Virus record (IMG/VR): IMGVR_UViG_3300035210_000151
Length of the DNA stretch: 64,000 nucleotides
DNA from: a virus
Taxonomy: Duplodnaviria; Heunggongvirae; Uroviricota; Caudoviricetes
Direction: 5' to 3' (one strand)
The translations under genes and the position numbers were made by a program. Shown in pieces: positions 9,163 to 18,705 of the stretch. The first letter of the stretch is position 1, and each line of letters opens with the position of its first letter. The notes under the pieces were generated by a model. It was not told the origin of the DNA. It saw only the letters and a program-made list of their open reading frames with translations, and made no database searches.

Positions 9163-9870
9163 ATGATAATTGTCGCAATTAATAGTTTATTAACAAAATG
9201 CGAAACCTTTTTAAATAAGGTATTCGATAATAGAACTGACACTTTTATCAGTCGTTCTGATGTTCTATTTAGTTTTATTTTTTCACCATTTGTGATACTG
9301 TTATTGTTTAACTTTATCAATATTTTTAAAAGTTTAACAATAACAGTCATTAAGGACGATGACATTTTGTGGAAATATATGTTTTATTTTCCTTTAACTT
9401 CCTTTCTATTCTTATTGTTTGTTTATTCGCTTTATATGTATAAACATCGTTCTATTTTCATGTATTCACTGGGAAGTCCTGTTTTAAAACTATTGGGATT
9501 TTTGATATTTGTTTTTTTTGTTGCAATGTCTTATGAAAAAATACATGTTTGTTTTGCCACTGTTCTGTTAGTAATTAATGCTTTTTCTATTGTTTCTTTG
9601 ATTGGCAGTAATCTAATTGTTTCAGAAAATATAAGAAATTCAAAAGACAACAATCAATTTAAAATCACATTCATTAGTCTTGAAGGTGAACAACGTGGAT
9701 TTACATTTTTTAAAAATATTAATATTTTATATTATTCTACTCATATACTTTTAGAAAAATATAAAATAAGTTACAAGGATGTTTTTCTTTTCGAACATCA
9801 ATTTAGTAAGAAGCTATATGATTTTAATGATGACGAATTAAAGATCCTTAAAATGTATGCAATTTATTAA
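9163..9870 (+). CDS. Multi-pass membrane protein with C-terminal Met tag
   Basis: About 4 hydrophobic segments; ends YDFNDDELKILKMYAIY. Confidence 0.75.
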   Translation: MIIVAINSLLTKCETFLNKVFDNRTDTFISRSDVLFSFIFSPFVILLLFNFINIFKSLTITVIKDDDILWKYMFYFPLTSFLFLLFVYSLYMYKHRSIFMYSLGSPVLKLLGFLIFVFFVAMSYEKIHVCFATVLLVINAFSIVSLIGSNLIVSENIRNSKDNNQFKITFISLEGEQRGFTFFKNINILYYSTHILLEKYKISYKDVFLFEHQFSKKLYDFNDDELKILKMYAIY

Positions 9871-9902
9871 TAAATATATTATAATTTAGAGGTATAGAAT
9901 TA

Positions 9903-10613
9903 ATGTTATTTCAAAATATAAAAAGACATATCAACAATTTATTAGGGAAATATAATGTTGATAACACAACAAGTAAAGATATTTTTATAGGTGTTATAAC
10001 GTCTCCTATTACTTTTTTAATTATAACTATAATGGTTTATTCTATAAAGACAATTGGGCATTTCCTTTCATTGCCGGAAAGTAATAATTTATTAATGTTT
10101 AAATATTCAGTGCCATTTTTAATTTCTCTATTGCCCATAGTTGTTTATTGTTATTTTATCTATAAATATAAAACCTTTTACGTTTCTTTTACTGGTCGTC
10201 CTGTTCTGCTTTTATTAAGTATTATTGCTTTTACCTTTATGTTATTTTTGATCTTGGTATCATCTAATCTTGAATTAATAGGGACTGTGCTTCTTTTTGC
10301 TTCTCTGCTGTTATCATCCATACTTGTATTCTTCATAAGTTTTTCTAGCTCAAAAAATACATTATTAAAATTGGATGCTTTAAATTTTACTAAGAGATCT
10401 AAAATCGCCTTTGTTGATTTATATAATTATGATTTGAGTATTTTAATATTTATCAAGAAACCTAATATTTTTTACCAAGAAAAATATATTCAGATTAATG
10501 GTTATAAGGTAAGTTATCAGGATGTTTCTATTTTTGAAGATCAATTTAATAAAAAGTTGTATGATTTCAATAAAGATGAACTTGAAATTATGACAATGTA
10601 TGCGTTCAATTAA
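9903..10613 (+). CDS. Multi-pass membrane protein with C-terminal Met tag (paralog)
   Basis: About 4 hydrophobic segments; ends YDFNKDELEIMTMYAFN. Confidence 0.75.
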   Translation: MLFQNIKRHINNLLGKYNVDNTTSKDIFIGVITSPITFLIITIMVYSIKTIGHFLSLPESNNLLMFKYSVPFLISLLPIVVYCYFIYKYKTFYVSFTGRPVLLLLSIIAFTFMLFLILVSSNLELIGTVLLFASLLLSSILVFFISFSSSKNTLLKLDALNFTKRSKIAFVDLYNYDLSILIFIKKPNIFYQEKYIQINGYKVSYQDVSIFEDQFNKKLYDFNKDELEIMTMYAFN

Positions 10614-10621
10614 TGAGATGG

Positions 10622-11245
10622 TTAAATCTTAACCATCTCTGTCAGTAGTCCATATTCTTTGAAATCCTTTTCAATCACATTATCCCACGCTTCCAGTGTT
10701 CTCTTTCTGGCTACATTTATTCTATTTACTTTCATATTGCCTTCCAAATCAAAAACCATGTACATACTGGTATGAGTACCTGAACAAATAACTGCTTGAT
10801 TGCTGATGACATTGCTCATTTTTGATTTGTTATGTTCAAAATTTAAAACGATTTCATTTTTGTCAGGATTTTTTAAATCAAATTCAAAATCAATGTATGC
10901 CTTCACTGAATCTACATACGAGTGTAGTTGATTAGTTTCAATATCAACAATTCGCAAGGCTTCAAAAAAATCAACATATTGATTGCCATAATCAATTATC
11001 TTTTGAATAATGTCGTTGGCTGGATAATTTGTTTCGATTTTACCTTTTTTAAAGGTCAAAAAATCAAAATTTAAGACATCACAATACGTGCCAGCTAAAA
11101 GCAAGGCATTTTTGTGACTCGTTTTTAAAGTGAATTTTAGATGAGACTTTTTTCTCATTTCTTTAACTTCTATGCCAAATTTATTCAGCATAATTTGAAT
11201 GCTTTTCAATTTGATGCTATGTTCACCTTCTGGTGGTTTTTTCAT
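10622..11245 (-). CDS. Hypothetical protein with C-terminal Met(-4) tag
   Basis: GAGGTG RBS; ends FKEYGLLTEMVKI. Confidence 0.75.
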   Translation of the reverse strand: MKKPPEGEHSIKLKSIQIMLNKFGIEVKEMRKKSHLKFTLKTSHKNALLLAGTYCDVLNFDFLTFKKGKIETNYPANDIIQKIIDYGNQYVDFFEALRIVDIETNQLHSYVDSVKAYIDFEFDLKNPDKNEIVLNFEHNKSKMSNVISNQAVICSGTHTSMYMVFDLEGNMKVNRINVARKRTLEAWDNVIEKDFKEYGLLTEMVKI

Positions 11246-11311
11246 TGTTACACCTCTTAAATTGAATTTTTTTTATAAAATATGCTTTCATTAAGTAAAA
11301 ACAAACACGCA

Positions 11312-12121
11312 TTAAATTTTAATCATCTCATCAAGTGCGATGTATTGTAAATACTTGTCTAATTCAAGTTGAGCAAAATCACTTTTTGAAATTTCTATTT
11401 GATAGCGTTGATACAAAATGTTGAATATATAGTTTCGAATGCCCTTGTTAACCATGTTCAATATATTTTCTATTGTTTCAATTTCATAGACGCCATTCTT
11501 TTTTAATACATAAATGTTAGGACAATCTTTATCCAATGAAATGCAAATTTTGGTTCGCTTAGAAACATTGAGTGGTAGTGATGTTTCCATGACAGGAATA
11601 TATTTCTTGATGTCTTTATCATCAACAATAATCATTTTAATTAGCTGTGTCACAGCAAGATTAATAACAGTATTATTCCAAGGATACAGCTTAAAGTCAT
11701 AATAAAAATGATCAAAATTTTCCCAATTTTTTACACCATCTTTTTTTCTACTAAAAAATGACATCCATGAGAAATCTTCGATATCTTTTGTTTTTACAGG
11801 CTCGACTGTAAATGATAGGAATTCATACAAATCAGATAATGAGTTTATTGTTGATTTATACAAGGTCATATCGAAAGGATATAACTTTTTTAATACTGTC
11901 AGCATTGTTTCTTGATCTTCTATGGTTCTAGAACGAATTGAAAAATGAAATGATTGCACCTCTTTAAATGCATGGATACTACATTCGTTAAGTGCATTTT
12001 TACTAAAAAGATGATGATTATGTCGGTATGTGTATTCAAATTCACCTTCTAAATTATCAACAATAGATTGAAGAACATCTTTCGTTAATTTAGCATGGTT
12101 ATCAATCTTTTCCTTTTCCAT
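11312..12121 (-). CDS. Hypothetical protein, paralog of 12228-13040, Met(-4) tag
   Basis: GAGGTG RBS; shared LYPWxxT motif; ends YIALDEMIKI. Confidence 0.75.
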   Translation of the reverse strand: MEKEKIDNHAKLTKDVLQSIVDNLEGEFEYTYRHNHHLFSKNALNECSIHAFKEVQSFHFSIRSRTIEDQETMLTVLKKLYPFDMTLYKSTINSLSDLYEFLSFTVEPVKTKDIEDFSWMSFFSRKKDGVKNWENFDHFYYDFKLYPWNNTVINLAVTQLIKMIIVDDKDIKKYIPVMETSLPLNVSKRTKICISLDKDCPNIYVLKKNGVYEIETIENILNMVNKGIRNYIFNILYQRYQIEISKSDFAQLELDKYLQYIALDEMIKI

Positions 12122-12124
12122 ATT

Positions 12125-12209
12125 CACCTCTTTTAATGCCTAATTTTAACAGAAATGACTATATATATCAAGTTAAAATATCGTTGCAAAAATGTTTATC
12201 ATCTGTTAT
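12125..12209. repeat. 85-bp duplicated bidirectional promoter/RBS element, copy 1
   Basis: Aligns without gaps to 13044-13128; minus-strand TTGATA-17-TAAAAT; plus-strand -10 decayed to TATGTC. Confidence 0.75.
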
Positions 12210-12227
12210 GTCCATATAGACAACTCC

Positions 12228-13040
12228 TTATATATTTGTCATTCTATGAAGACTGATATATTGTAAAAAATCATTGGTTGATAATGTTGAAAAATTATCA
12301 AGATCCAAATCAATATAGTTCTCCTTTTTCATAATACACAATGAATAATACATAATTGGATCTCTAATCTCATTCATCACATGTTCAATGGATTCCATCT
12401 CATAATGACCATTCTTCAATATATAAATATAAGGAAATGATTTATCGACTGATATACACACTTTTTTAGATTTGGTGTCATTGATAGGAAATGAAACTTC
12501 GATAACAGGTATATAGGTAGATTTACCCAGATCATCAATGATAATCATCTTAGGTTTTTGACCACCACAACAGACAGGATATGTCTTTTTCCAAGGATAT
12601 AATCTCATATGATACGAATGAGTATCAAAATTAATCCAAGATTTTCTTGGTGTTTGTTTTGTTTTTCTAAAAAAACTCCATGTGAGATTTTCAAATCCAT
12701 TCATATTAAAAGGTTCTACAATGTAATTAATTTCTAAGTAAAAATTTGACATTGTTTGGATTGTTTCATTAAAAAAAGTTGTATTGAGTGGATAACGATC
12801 ATCCAAAGCCTGCAGTAATATATTTTGAATATTGAGATTGTCAACTCGACCTAATAAAGAAAAAGCTTGTTTTTCTTCTATTGCGGTAATATTACATTGA
12901 TATTTTCCGTTTCTTTTTGCAGAAAGGTCATGTCCACTATTTATATATTTATGCGTAAATCTAAGATCTAAATGAGAAAAGATATCTTCCATTGTGGCCT
13001 TAGTTAAATCATGATAGTTTTCATTATTTAAAGATTCCAT
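12228..13040 (-). CDS. Hypothetical protein, paralog of 11312-12121, Met(-4) tag
   Basis: GAGGTG RBS; ends YISLHRMTNI. Confidence 0.75.
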   Translation of the reverse strand: MESLNNENYHDLTKATMEDIFSHLDLRFTHKYINSGHDLSAKRNGKYQCNITAIEEKQAFSLLGRVDNLNIQNILLQALDDRYPLNTTFFNETIQTMSNFYLEINYIVEPFNMNGFENLTWSFFRKTKQTPRKSWINFDTHSYHMRLYPWKKTYPVCCGGQKPKMIIIDDLGKSTYIPVIEVSFPINDTKSKKVCISVDKSFPYIYILKNGHYEMESIEHVMNEIRDPIMYYSLCIMKKENYIDLDLDNFSTLSTNDFLQYISLHRMTNI

Positions 13041-13043
13041 ACA

Positions 13044-13131
13044 CACCTCTTTTGATGCCTTATTTTAGCAGAAAACACTCTATATATCAAGTTAAAATGT
13101 CATTGCTAAAATCTATCTCATCTGTTATAAT
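13044..13131. repeat. 85-bp duplicated bidirectional promoter/RBS element, copy 2
   Basis: Minus-strand promoter plus intact plus-strand TTGCTA-17-TATAAT (extended -10). Confidence 0.75.
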
Positions 13132-13165
13132 CCAGCCCTTGCTGTATTTAATTCTTGGAGATTAT

Positions 13166-14623
13166 ATGTCTAAAATATCAACTGATGATTGCAAAGACTT
13201 CTTGATGAAGACTTACCCTGACAGTAACCGGACTAAATGGAAACGTGTGAGTAAGTATAAAGACGATCATGGTCTGGTCTGTCGAGATTTTAATAACCCT
13301 ACAGTGGGTGATGTAACACTTATTGAAGTGAATGACACACTAGAACTCAAACAATCAGTCGCTGTTGATGTTGCACCAGTCACGATTAAAGACAATACGA
13401 TTGTTGTGAAATCCTTTTCTAAAAAAGACATGACCGATGCAAAACGTCTTGTAAGCAAATATGTAAACAGTGATGGCGAAGAAGAAATCTCCGATGATAA
13501 TAAAGGCTTTATTGCTATCCCTTCACAAGTTGTCTACCGTTTTAGTATGCTAGATGGCGATCATAAAGAAATTCTTGATTCCGTCAATGCGACTCGTGAC
13601 TACAATCATAAAATGGATCGTTTTTGTTTGGAAATCTACCCTGCACATGGCGAATACAACGAACATATGGATTATCTAATTGGTTCTTTCATGCCAGAAA
13701 ATGATGGCGAAGCAATGGAATGCACGTATGAATTCAGCTATGAAGAACCTATCAGCATTAAAGAAATGGTTCAAAAAATGGCAAGTGCTGGTTTTATCTA
13801 TCTTGAAGATAGTTGTTTTCTGGCTGAAACTGTTAGTCAGTTAGAATTTATGAATGAAGCTATTAACGTAGAATCGTCTTCGTTGGTTGATGTTAAATCT
13901 GCATTTGAACAAGCTATCAAAACAGATGATGGCGATATGCTTGATGAAGCTCTTTCTAGTGGTGGCCTACTGAATTTTAAATATAAGAAAGCTATTCCTT
14001 TGGTTTATTGTATGCAAAATAACCTTGTTAATTGTTTTAAAGTTTTGGTTAACCATGAACCTAACTTAGCAAAAGGTGTTAAATATTCTGGAAACCCTGT
14101 ATGGGCAGAAGCTGTTTCTGATGTCGTTCTTGGTCATTCTTTTGATTATCTAGCTTACTTGCTTGATCATGGTAAATATGATTTTAAGAAAGCTAGCCCA
14201 GTAGAGAATCAAATGCTGATGTCTGTTCTGGTTGAAAGAAACTTGTTGGATACATATAGGAATATTCTCAATGATAAAGTTCGCTCAGCCTTAACGCTAC
14301 ACATGATGATGGATGATCCTGACCCTTTTAGTAATCCTAATATTGCACAAGATATTTATGATGGAATGCATAAATATGCTAAATACATGAACGAAGTTGG
14401 TTATCTTGGAGCTAGATTTAGTATGGGTATTGTGTCACCACCTATTTTAGATATGATGGTTGAAGCTAAGTTTAGAATTTATCGTGAGTCGCTTGAAGCG
14501 GATCTTGAATCTCAAATCGAATTATTTAAAACAGGTAGACGCGGTGATGGATTTACCAAAGCCCAAGTGGATGATGCCATTGCTCGTTATACAAAAGCCA
14601 TTGAGAAACTTAGAAAAGGCTAG
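13166..14623 (+). CDS. MSKI(S/T)TxDCK-family protein with C-terminal ankyrin-like helical extension
   Basis: True start MSKISTDDCKDF after GGAG; N-half resembles the 20285-22564 trio; PLVYCMQNNLVNCFKVLVNH is ankyrin-like (inference). Confidence 0.65.
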   Translation: MSKISTDDCKDFLMKTYPDSNRTKWKRVSKYKDDHGLVCRDFNNPTVGDVTLIEVNDTLELKQSVAVDVAPVTIKDNTIVVKSFSKKDMTDAKRLVSKYVNSDGEEEISDDNKGFIAIPSQVVYRFSMLDGDHKEILDSVNATRDYNHKMDRFCLEIYPAHGEYNEHMDYLIGSFMPENDGEAMECTYEFSYEEPISIKEMVQKMASAGFIYLEDSCFLAETVSQLEFMNEAINVESSSLVDVKSAFEQAIKTDDGDMLDEALSSGGLLNFKYKKAIPLVYCMQNNLVNCFKVLVNHEPNLAKGVKYSGNPVWAEAVSDVVLGHSFDYLAYLLDHGKYDFKKASPVENQMLMSVLVERNLLDTYRNILNDKVRSALTLHMMMDDPDPFSNPNIAQDIYDGMHKYAKYMNEVGYLGARFSMGIVSPPILDMMVEAKFRIYRESLEADLESQIELFKTGRRGDGFTKAQVDDAIARYTKAIEKLRKG

Positions 14624-14675
14624 CCCTTTTCTACGGTTTATGGTATAATCATTATCACTAAAAGGGGAGTATTAT

Positions 14676-15104
14676 ATGAAAAGTGTTATTTTGTTTCTAG
14701 ACTTTGATGGCGTGTTTCATCCATTGATGAGCAGTGGCCTTAAATTCGTGGATCTCCCAAATTTTGAAAATTTTATTCGTAAACATAAAGACCGTTTTGA
14801 TTTTAAACTGGTGATTAGTAGCACTTGGCGTCGAGAATATACCTTATCTCAGATTTCCAAATTCTTTTCACCAGACATTGCTCTTTTGCTGGTAGGTGTT
14901 ACGCCTGTTCTCAATACCATTGGTGACGGTGTTCGTTATGAAGAAGCACAACAATGGCGTGCCTTCAATGACATGACTTCGCATTGGTTTGCTCTGGATG
15001 ATGACCATTACGCATGGGATCGCGTTGAACAGCTTGTTTGGTGTCATGATAAATTTCAAGAGCGTGAAATCGGTATTTTGGAAGAGAAACTTAACGCACT
15101 TTAA
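14676..15104 (+). CDS. HAD-superfamily phosphatase, Swiss-Army-Knife RNA-repair-like type
   Basis: LFLDFDGVFH, VISSTWR, ALDDD motifs. Confidence 0.8.
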   Translation: MKSVILFLDFDGVFHPLMSSGLKFVDLPNFENFIRKHKDRFDFKLVISSTWRREYTLSQISKFFSPDIALLLVGVTPVLNTIGDGVRYEEAQQWRAFNDMTSHWFALDDDHYAWDRVEQLVWCHDKFQEREIGILEEKLNAL

Positions 15105-15211
15105 CAGTTTGTAAATCCTATAAATCAATCTGTTTCAATCTTTTTGGTTGATATGTGATTGATTTTTTTTTATTTTTGTATATTATTAACTTAAATAAGG
15201 AGTTATCATCT

Positions 15212-15919
15212 ATGAGTAAAAATAAAATTAAAATTGCTTTATCACTAACAGCCGTAGTTGTTGTTATACTTGGATATTTTTTATTCAATCAAGTGATTAA
15301 ACCAGATACTATCATTAAAGATGATGTTGCAGCTACACAAGATTTATTTAAACACATTGATGAACATATGACGTGGAATTTGGATAATGTATACATGACA
15401 TTAGAGCCTACTGGATATGTTGACATTTTTAATACTGTAGTTACCACTGTTGGCTTGCAACGACCTGAATTCCCTGCACTTAATGCAGATACTATCAATT
15501 ATTATCGTGATAATTATAGGAGTCCCGATTCAGTCCCTTTTAATGTAAAGCCAGAATATGCTGATCGATTTAAACGAGAAAAATCCCAGATTTCCATGAG
15601 TTATGTTATTAACTTTGACCAGAGTAAAGTCGATAATGTTTATTTGGTTAGAAAAATAGATCATGAAGATTATTTTAGTTTCAATGCCCATGCAACATTG
15701 AGTCATATTATTTTCAATTTGAACAAACAGCAAAATATTAAACCAGCAACCAGTCTTCGTCTTGAATTAACGCCTATCAAAATGAAAAATGGTGAAGCCT
15801 ATCATTATTTTGCAAAAGAATCAGACATCAACACACCTGTTGCTTATGATACTTGTAAGGACACACTAGATTGTCTCTATATATCACGATATAAATCAAC
15901 CATTCCACGACCACTTTAA
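15212..15919 (+). CDS. Membrane-anchored hypothetical protein
   Basis: N-terminal TM helix; AAGGAG RBS. Confidence 0.7.
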   Translation: MSKNKIKIALSLTAVVVVILGYFLFNQVIKPDTIIKDDVAATQDLFKHIDEHMTWNLDNVYMTLEPTGYVDIFNTVVTTVGLQRPEFPALNADTINYYRDNYRSPDSVPFNVKPEYADRFKREKSQISMSYVINFDQSKVDNVYLVRKIDHEDYFSFNAHATLSHIIFNLNKQQNIKPATSLRLELTPIKMKNGEAYHYFAKESDINTPVAYDTCKDTLDCLYISRYKSTIPRPL

Positions 15920-15940
15920 ACGGCTTAGGCCGTTTTTTGT
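15918..15940 (+). terminator. Intrinsic terminator
   Basis: AAACGGC-TTAG-GCCGTTT plus T-tract. Confidence 0.75.
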
Positions 15941-15997
15941 TATCTTGCGATTTTTAAATCTTTCTGATATACTCTTGGATGGCTTAGGAGACTTATT

Positions 15998-16459
15998 ATG
16001 ATTAAAAAAGAATGTGTATTATTTTTGGACTTTGATGGAGTTCTCCATTTCTTTTTCCCAGAAGAAAATAGTACCGATGAAGAAAATCAGTTTTTCTATT
16101 TTATCCCACAGTTTGAACGCTTTATCAGAGCTTTTTCTGACAGGGTTAACTTTAAAATTGTGATTTCTAGCACTTGGCGTGACAACAAAACGTTTAATCA
16201 ACTTAAAGCACCTTTTTCAAAAGATATTCAAGAAATGATTGTAGGTGTTACTCCCAATCATTATGATAACAGTGAAGGTAGCCGTTTACGTGAAGCCCAA
16301 GAATGGTTAATGGTTAATCAATATAATGGTTCGTGGATAGCGATTGACGATAATGCTAATATTTGGTATAATGCCCCTGAGTTATTTTTGTGCGAGAATG
16401 GTCTTAACCAATCTGTTATTGACGATTTTATTGCTCGCTTTGACCTATTAAGGAGTTAA
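15998..16459 (+). CDS. HAD-superfamily phosphatase, RNA-repair-like type (second copy)
   Basis: LFLDFDGVLH, VISSTWR, AIDDN motifs. Confidence 0.8.
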   Translation: MIKKECVLFLDFDGVLHFFFPEENSTDEENQFFYFIPQFERFIRAFSDRVNFKIVISSTWRDNKTFNQLKAPFSKDIQEMIVGVTPNHYDNSEGSRLREAQEWLMVNQYNGSWIAIDDNANIWYNAPELFLCENGLNQSVIDDFIARFDLLRS

Positions 16460-16462
16460 TCT

Positions 16463-16936
16463 ATGAAGCGTAACATTCTATGTGTAACAGAATTTGAAAC
16501 TGTAGAAAACTGCTATCGCTCGTTTAGTATTGATTTGTTGGCTACACCTAAAAACTTTGTGCTTCGTCAATTTATTGGTTCGGAATATAATACATTTCGT
16601 GTCATTAACCGTGAAGACAGTGACATGATTGAATTGCGTTCACCCACACTGGGTTCGTCTTATATTGATAAAAAAGCTTTGCGAGTTGCATTTGATTTAA
16701 ACAAACATATTGTTATGTCTTTAAAAAATAGCAAAAATAAGGTTGTTATTCCTAAACCTAATTTGGAATGGTTGTTTAGCACGGGTCGTGAAGATATTAA
16801 GTGGAATCCTGTTTATGAAAAAATGGGTCAATTCGACTTAGAATTTGAAGACAAATTTCAATCCGATTTCAGCATCGCTCAAATTGCCTATTTCAAACAT
16901 CCCCAAATTAACTATATGGATGTTTTTCCATTCTAA
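16463..16936 (+). CDS. Hypothetical protein
   Basis: AAGGAG RBS, 157 aa. Confidence 0.7.
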   Translation: MKRNILCVTEFETVENCYRSFSIDLLATPKNFVLRQFIGSEYNTFRVINREDSDMIELRSPTLGSSYIDKKALRVAFDLNKHIVMSLKNSKNKVVIPKPNLEWLFSTGREDIKWNPVYEKMGQFDLEFEDKFQSDFSIAQIAYFKHPQINYMDVFPF

Positions 16937-16948
16937 GAGGATTTAATC

Positions 16949-17878
16949 ATGAATATTAATACCAAGAAAAGTTTTGATGGAAAACAAGATAGACTGACCC
17001 ACATTGCCAATCAGGCTAATCACAATGATGTGATTCTATCAATGTTTTTCAGTGCTCGAAATCTATCTATTTCCAATGCTCTTTATCAAATTGAAACCTA
17101 TCTTGGTAAACTAGGATTTGATGTTCGTGCTGAATGGAAGGAAAGTAGCTTCAGTCATCCGCTTATTTATATTTATTACAATAATAAGAATAAACATCAT
17201 CAGTATTCTTGCGAATTGAAACGCAGTAAAGAAGGCGGCTGGGATTCTCATCGTTCAAGTTCTATCATGTATAAACTCGATAGAATTACTTCTACTGAAT
17301 ACACTCCTTATCAAATCAGTTCTCATATTCTTGCATTGCAGCACGCTTTGGCGAGTCAGTCATTCTTTGATATGGTTAATGGTTTAGTCAATGCTTGTAA
17401 TTACCCCTTTGGTGATACTATTACCAGTTATGATGATAAAATTACAGCACTCAATGCACTTGAAAATGGTCGAGGCACTGATAATCTCGCTGATTTGTTT
17501 GAAATGAACCGTAAATATTCAGTGTATAACCTGTTGCGAGAAATCAAACGAGAATTCAGTTGTAATGGATTTAAGGTCATTGTTCACGATCCTGACCTCT
17601 CTACTGATACGCCTTTTATTACCGTTGAGTTGCTTAAACCTAATGCGACCTTTGATATTAAAGTTCATCGTATTAAAGTTGATGAAATTCCAGACGGAAT
17701 CAGCCCATACATGTATAAGTTTGGTTATGCTTGCAATATGAGTAGTTCCAAGTCAAAAGCACGCCATTTGGCCGATTTTCAGGTGTATACATTACTATCG
17801 CCTTTTGAAGACAAAATGGATGAACTGGTCAATGGACTCAACTACCCTTTCAGTTATGAAAGTCAGTCGTCATTCTAA
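16949..17878 (+). CDS. Hypothetical protein with probable internal duplication
   Basis: MVNGLVNACNYPF recurs as ELVNGLNYPF at the C-terminus. Confidence 0.7.
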   Translation: MNINTKKSFDGKQDRLTHIANQANHNDVILSMFFSARNLSISNALYQIETYLGKLGFDVRAEWKESSFSHPLIYIYYNNKNKHHQYSCELKRSKEGGWDSHRSSSIMYKLDRITSTEYTPYQISSHILALQHALASQSFFDMVNGLVNACNYPFGDTITSYDDKITALNALENGRGTDNLADLFEMNRKYSVYNLLREIKREFSCNGFKVIVHDPDLSTDTPFITVELLKPNATFDIKVHRIKVDEIPDGISPYMYKFGYACNMSSSKSKARHLADFQVYTLLSPFEDKMDELVNGLNYPFSYESQSSF

Positions 17879-17892
17879 GGTCTTTAAATTAT

Positions 17893-18462
17893 ATGCGATT
17901 ATTAGAGAGGCAAACAGTTTTAAAAGCTATTGATGCAGCTCGTATCATCAATAAAGAGATAGAAGTCATTGATTTGACCTTAGATAATCCATATGTTTGT
18001 GGAACATGTAATTATAATGGTATTATTATGATTGGTCCAAAAGTTATTGAATTTCATTATTCCATCTTTCACAAGATTTTTCCTTACATTTTTGAATTGC
18101 ATTCAATGACTGATTTTGAACATGAGACTTGGCGAGCTTTAATGGCTATTTGTTTCATTAAAGGTTTTAATATTAAAATACGAAGTAGTAATAACTTTTT
18201 CAGTGTTCTTGAAATAGAATCTGGTCATTATTTAAGCTTGACATTTGAAGGCTGCAAAGATGATATTTCTCAAGTTCAGAAAATAATTGGTTATGATGAA
18301 GTGGGTTATTATCAACATGAATGTTCAAGTCACAAACATTTAGTTAACTGCTTTTTGTTACCTATTCTTAATAGAGAAGCTAATGAATTCCATATTTCGT
18401 TTAAGACTATTAATGATTTAACCGATGATAATCTGCTTATGCTTTCTGCTTTGACCTTATAA
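17893..18462 (+). CDS. Hypothetical protein, degenerate C-terminal tag
   Basis: Ends DLTDDNLLMLSALTL. Confidence 0.6.
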   Translation: MRLLERQTVLKAIDAARIINKEIEVIDLTLDNPYVCGTCNYNGIIMIGPKVIEFHYSIFHKIFPYIFELHSMTDFEHETWRALMAICFIKGFNIKIRSSNNFFSVLEIESGHYLSLTFEGCKDDISQVQKIIGYDEVGYYQHECSSHKHLVNCFLLPILNREANEFHISFKTINDLTDDNLLMLSALTL

Positions 18463-18521
18463 TTTGTTGCATGATTAAACCTTTTATGGTATTATAGAGT
18501 CTCTTAATTAGAGGATATATT

Positions 18522-18620
18522 ATGAAAGCTAGTCAAATTACTCAGAAGTCCAAAACTGCAATGTTGTCGCTTGCTTTTATTACTCTTGTTACTGCTGTTG
18601 GTTTTACTATTGTTTCATAA
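18522..18620 (+). CDS. 32-aa single-TM peptide absent from ORF track
   Basis: GAGGA RBS; MKASQITQKSKTAMLSLAFITLVTAVGFTIVS*. Confidence 0.55.
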   Translation: MKASQITQKSKTAMLSLAFITLVTAVGFTIVS

Positions 18621-18705
18621 TGTTTCAAGATGATGTAAATCTATTGCAACACAACCTACGTTTGATATAATTAATTAATAAATTACTAATGGAGTTTTAA
18701 CTTTG

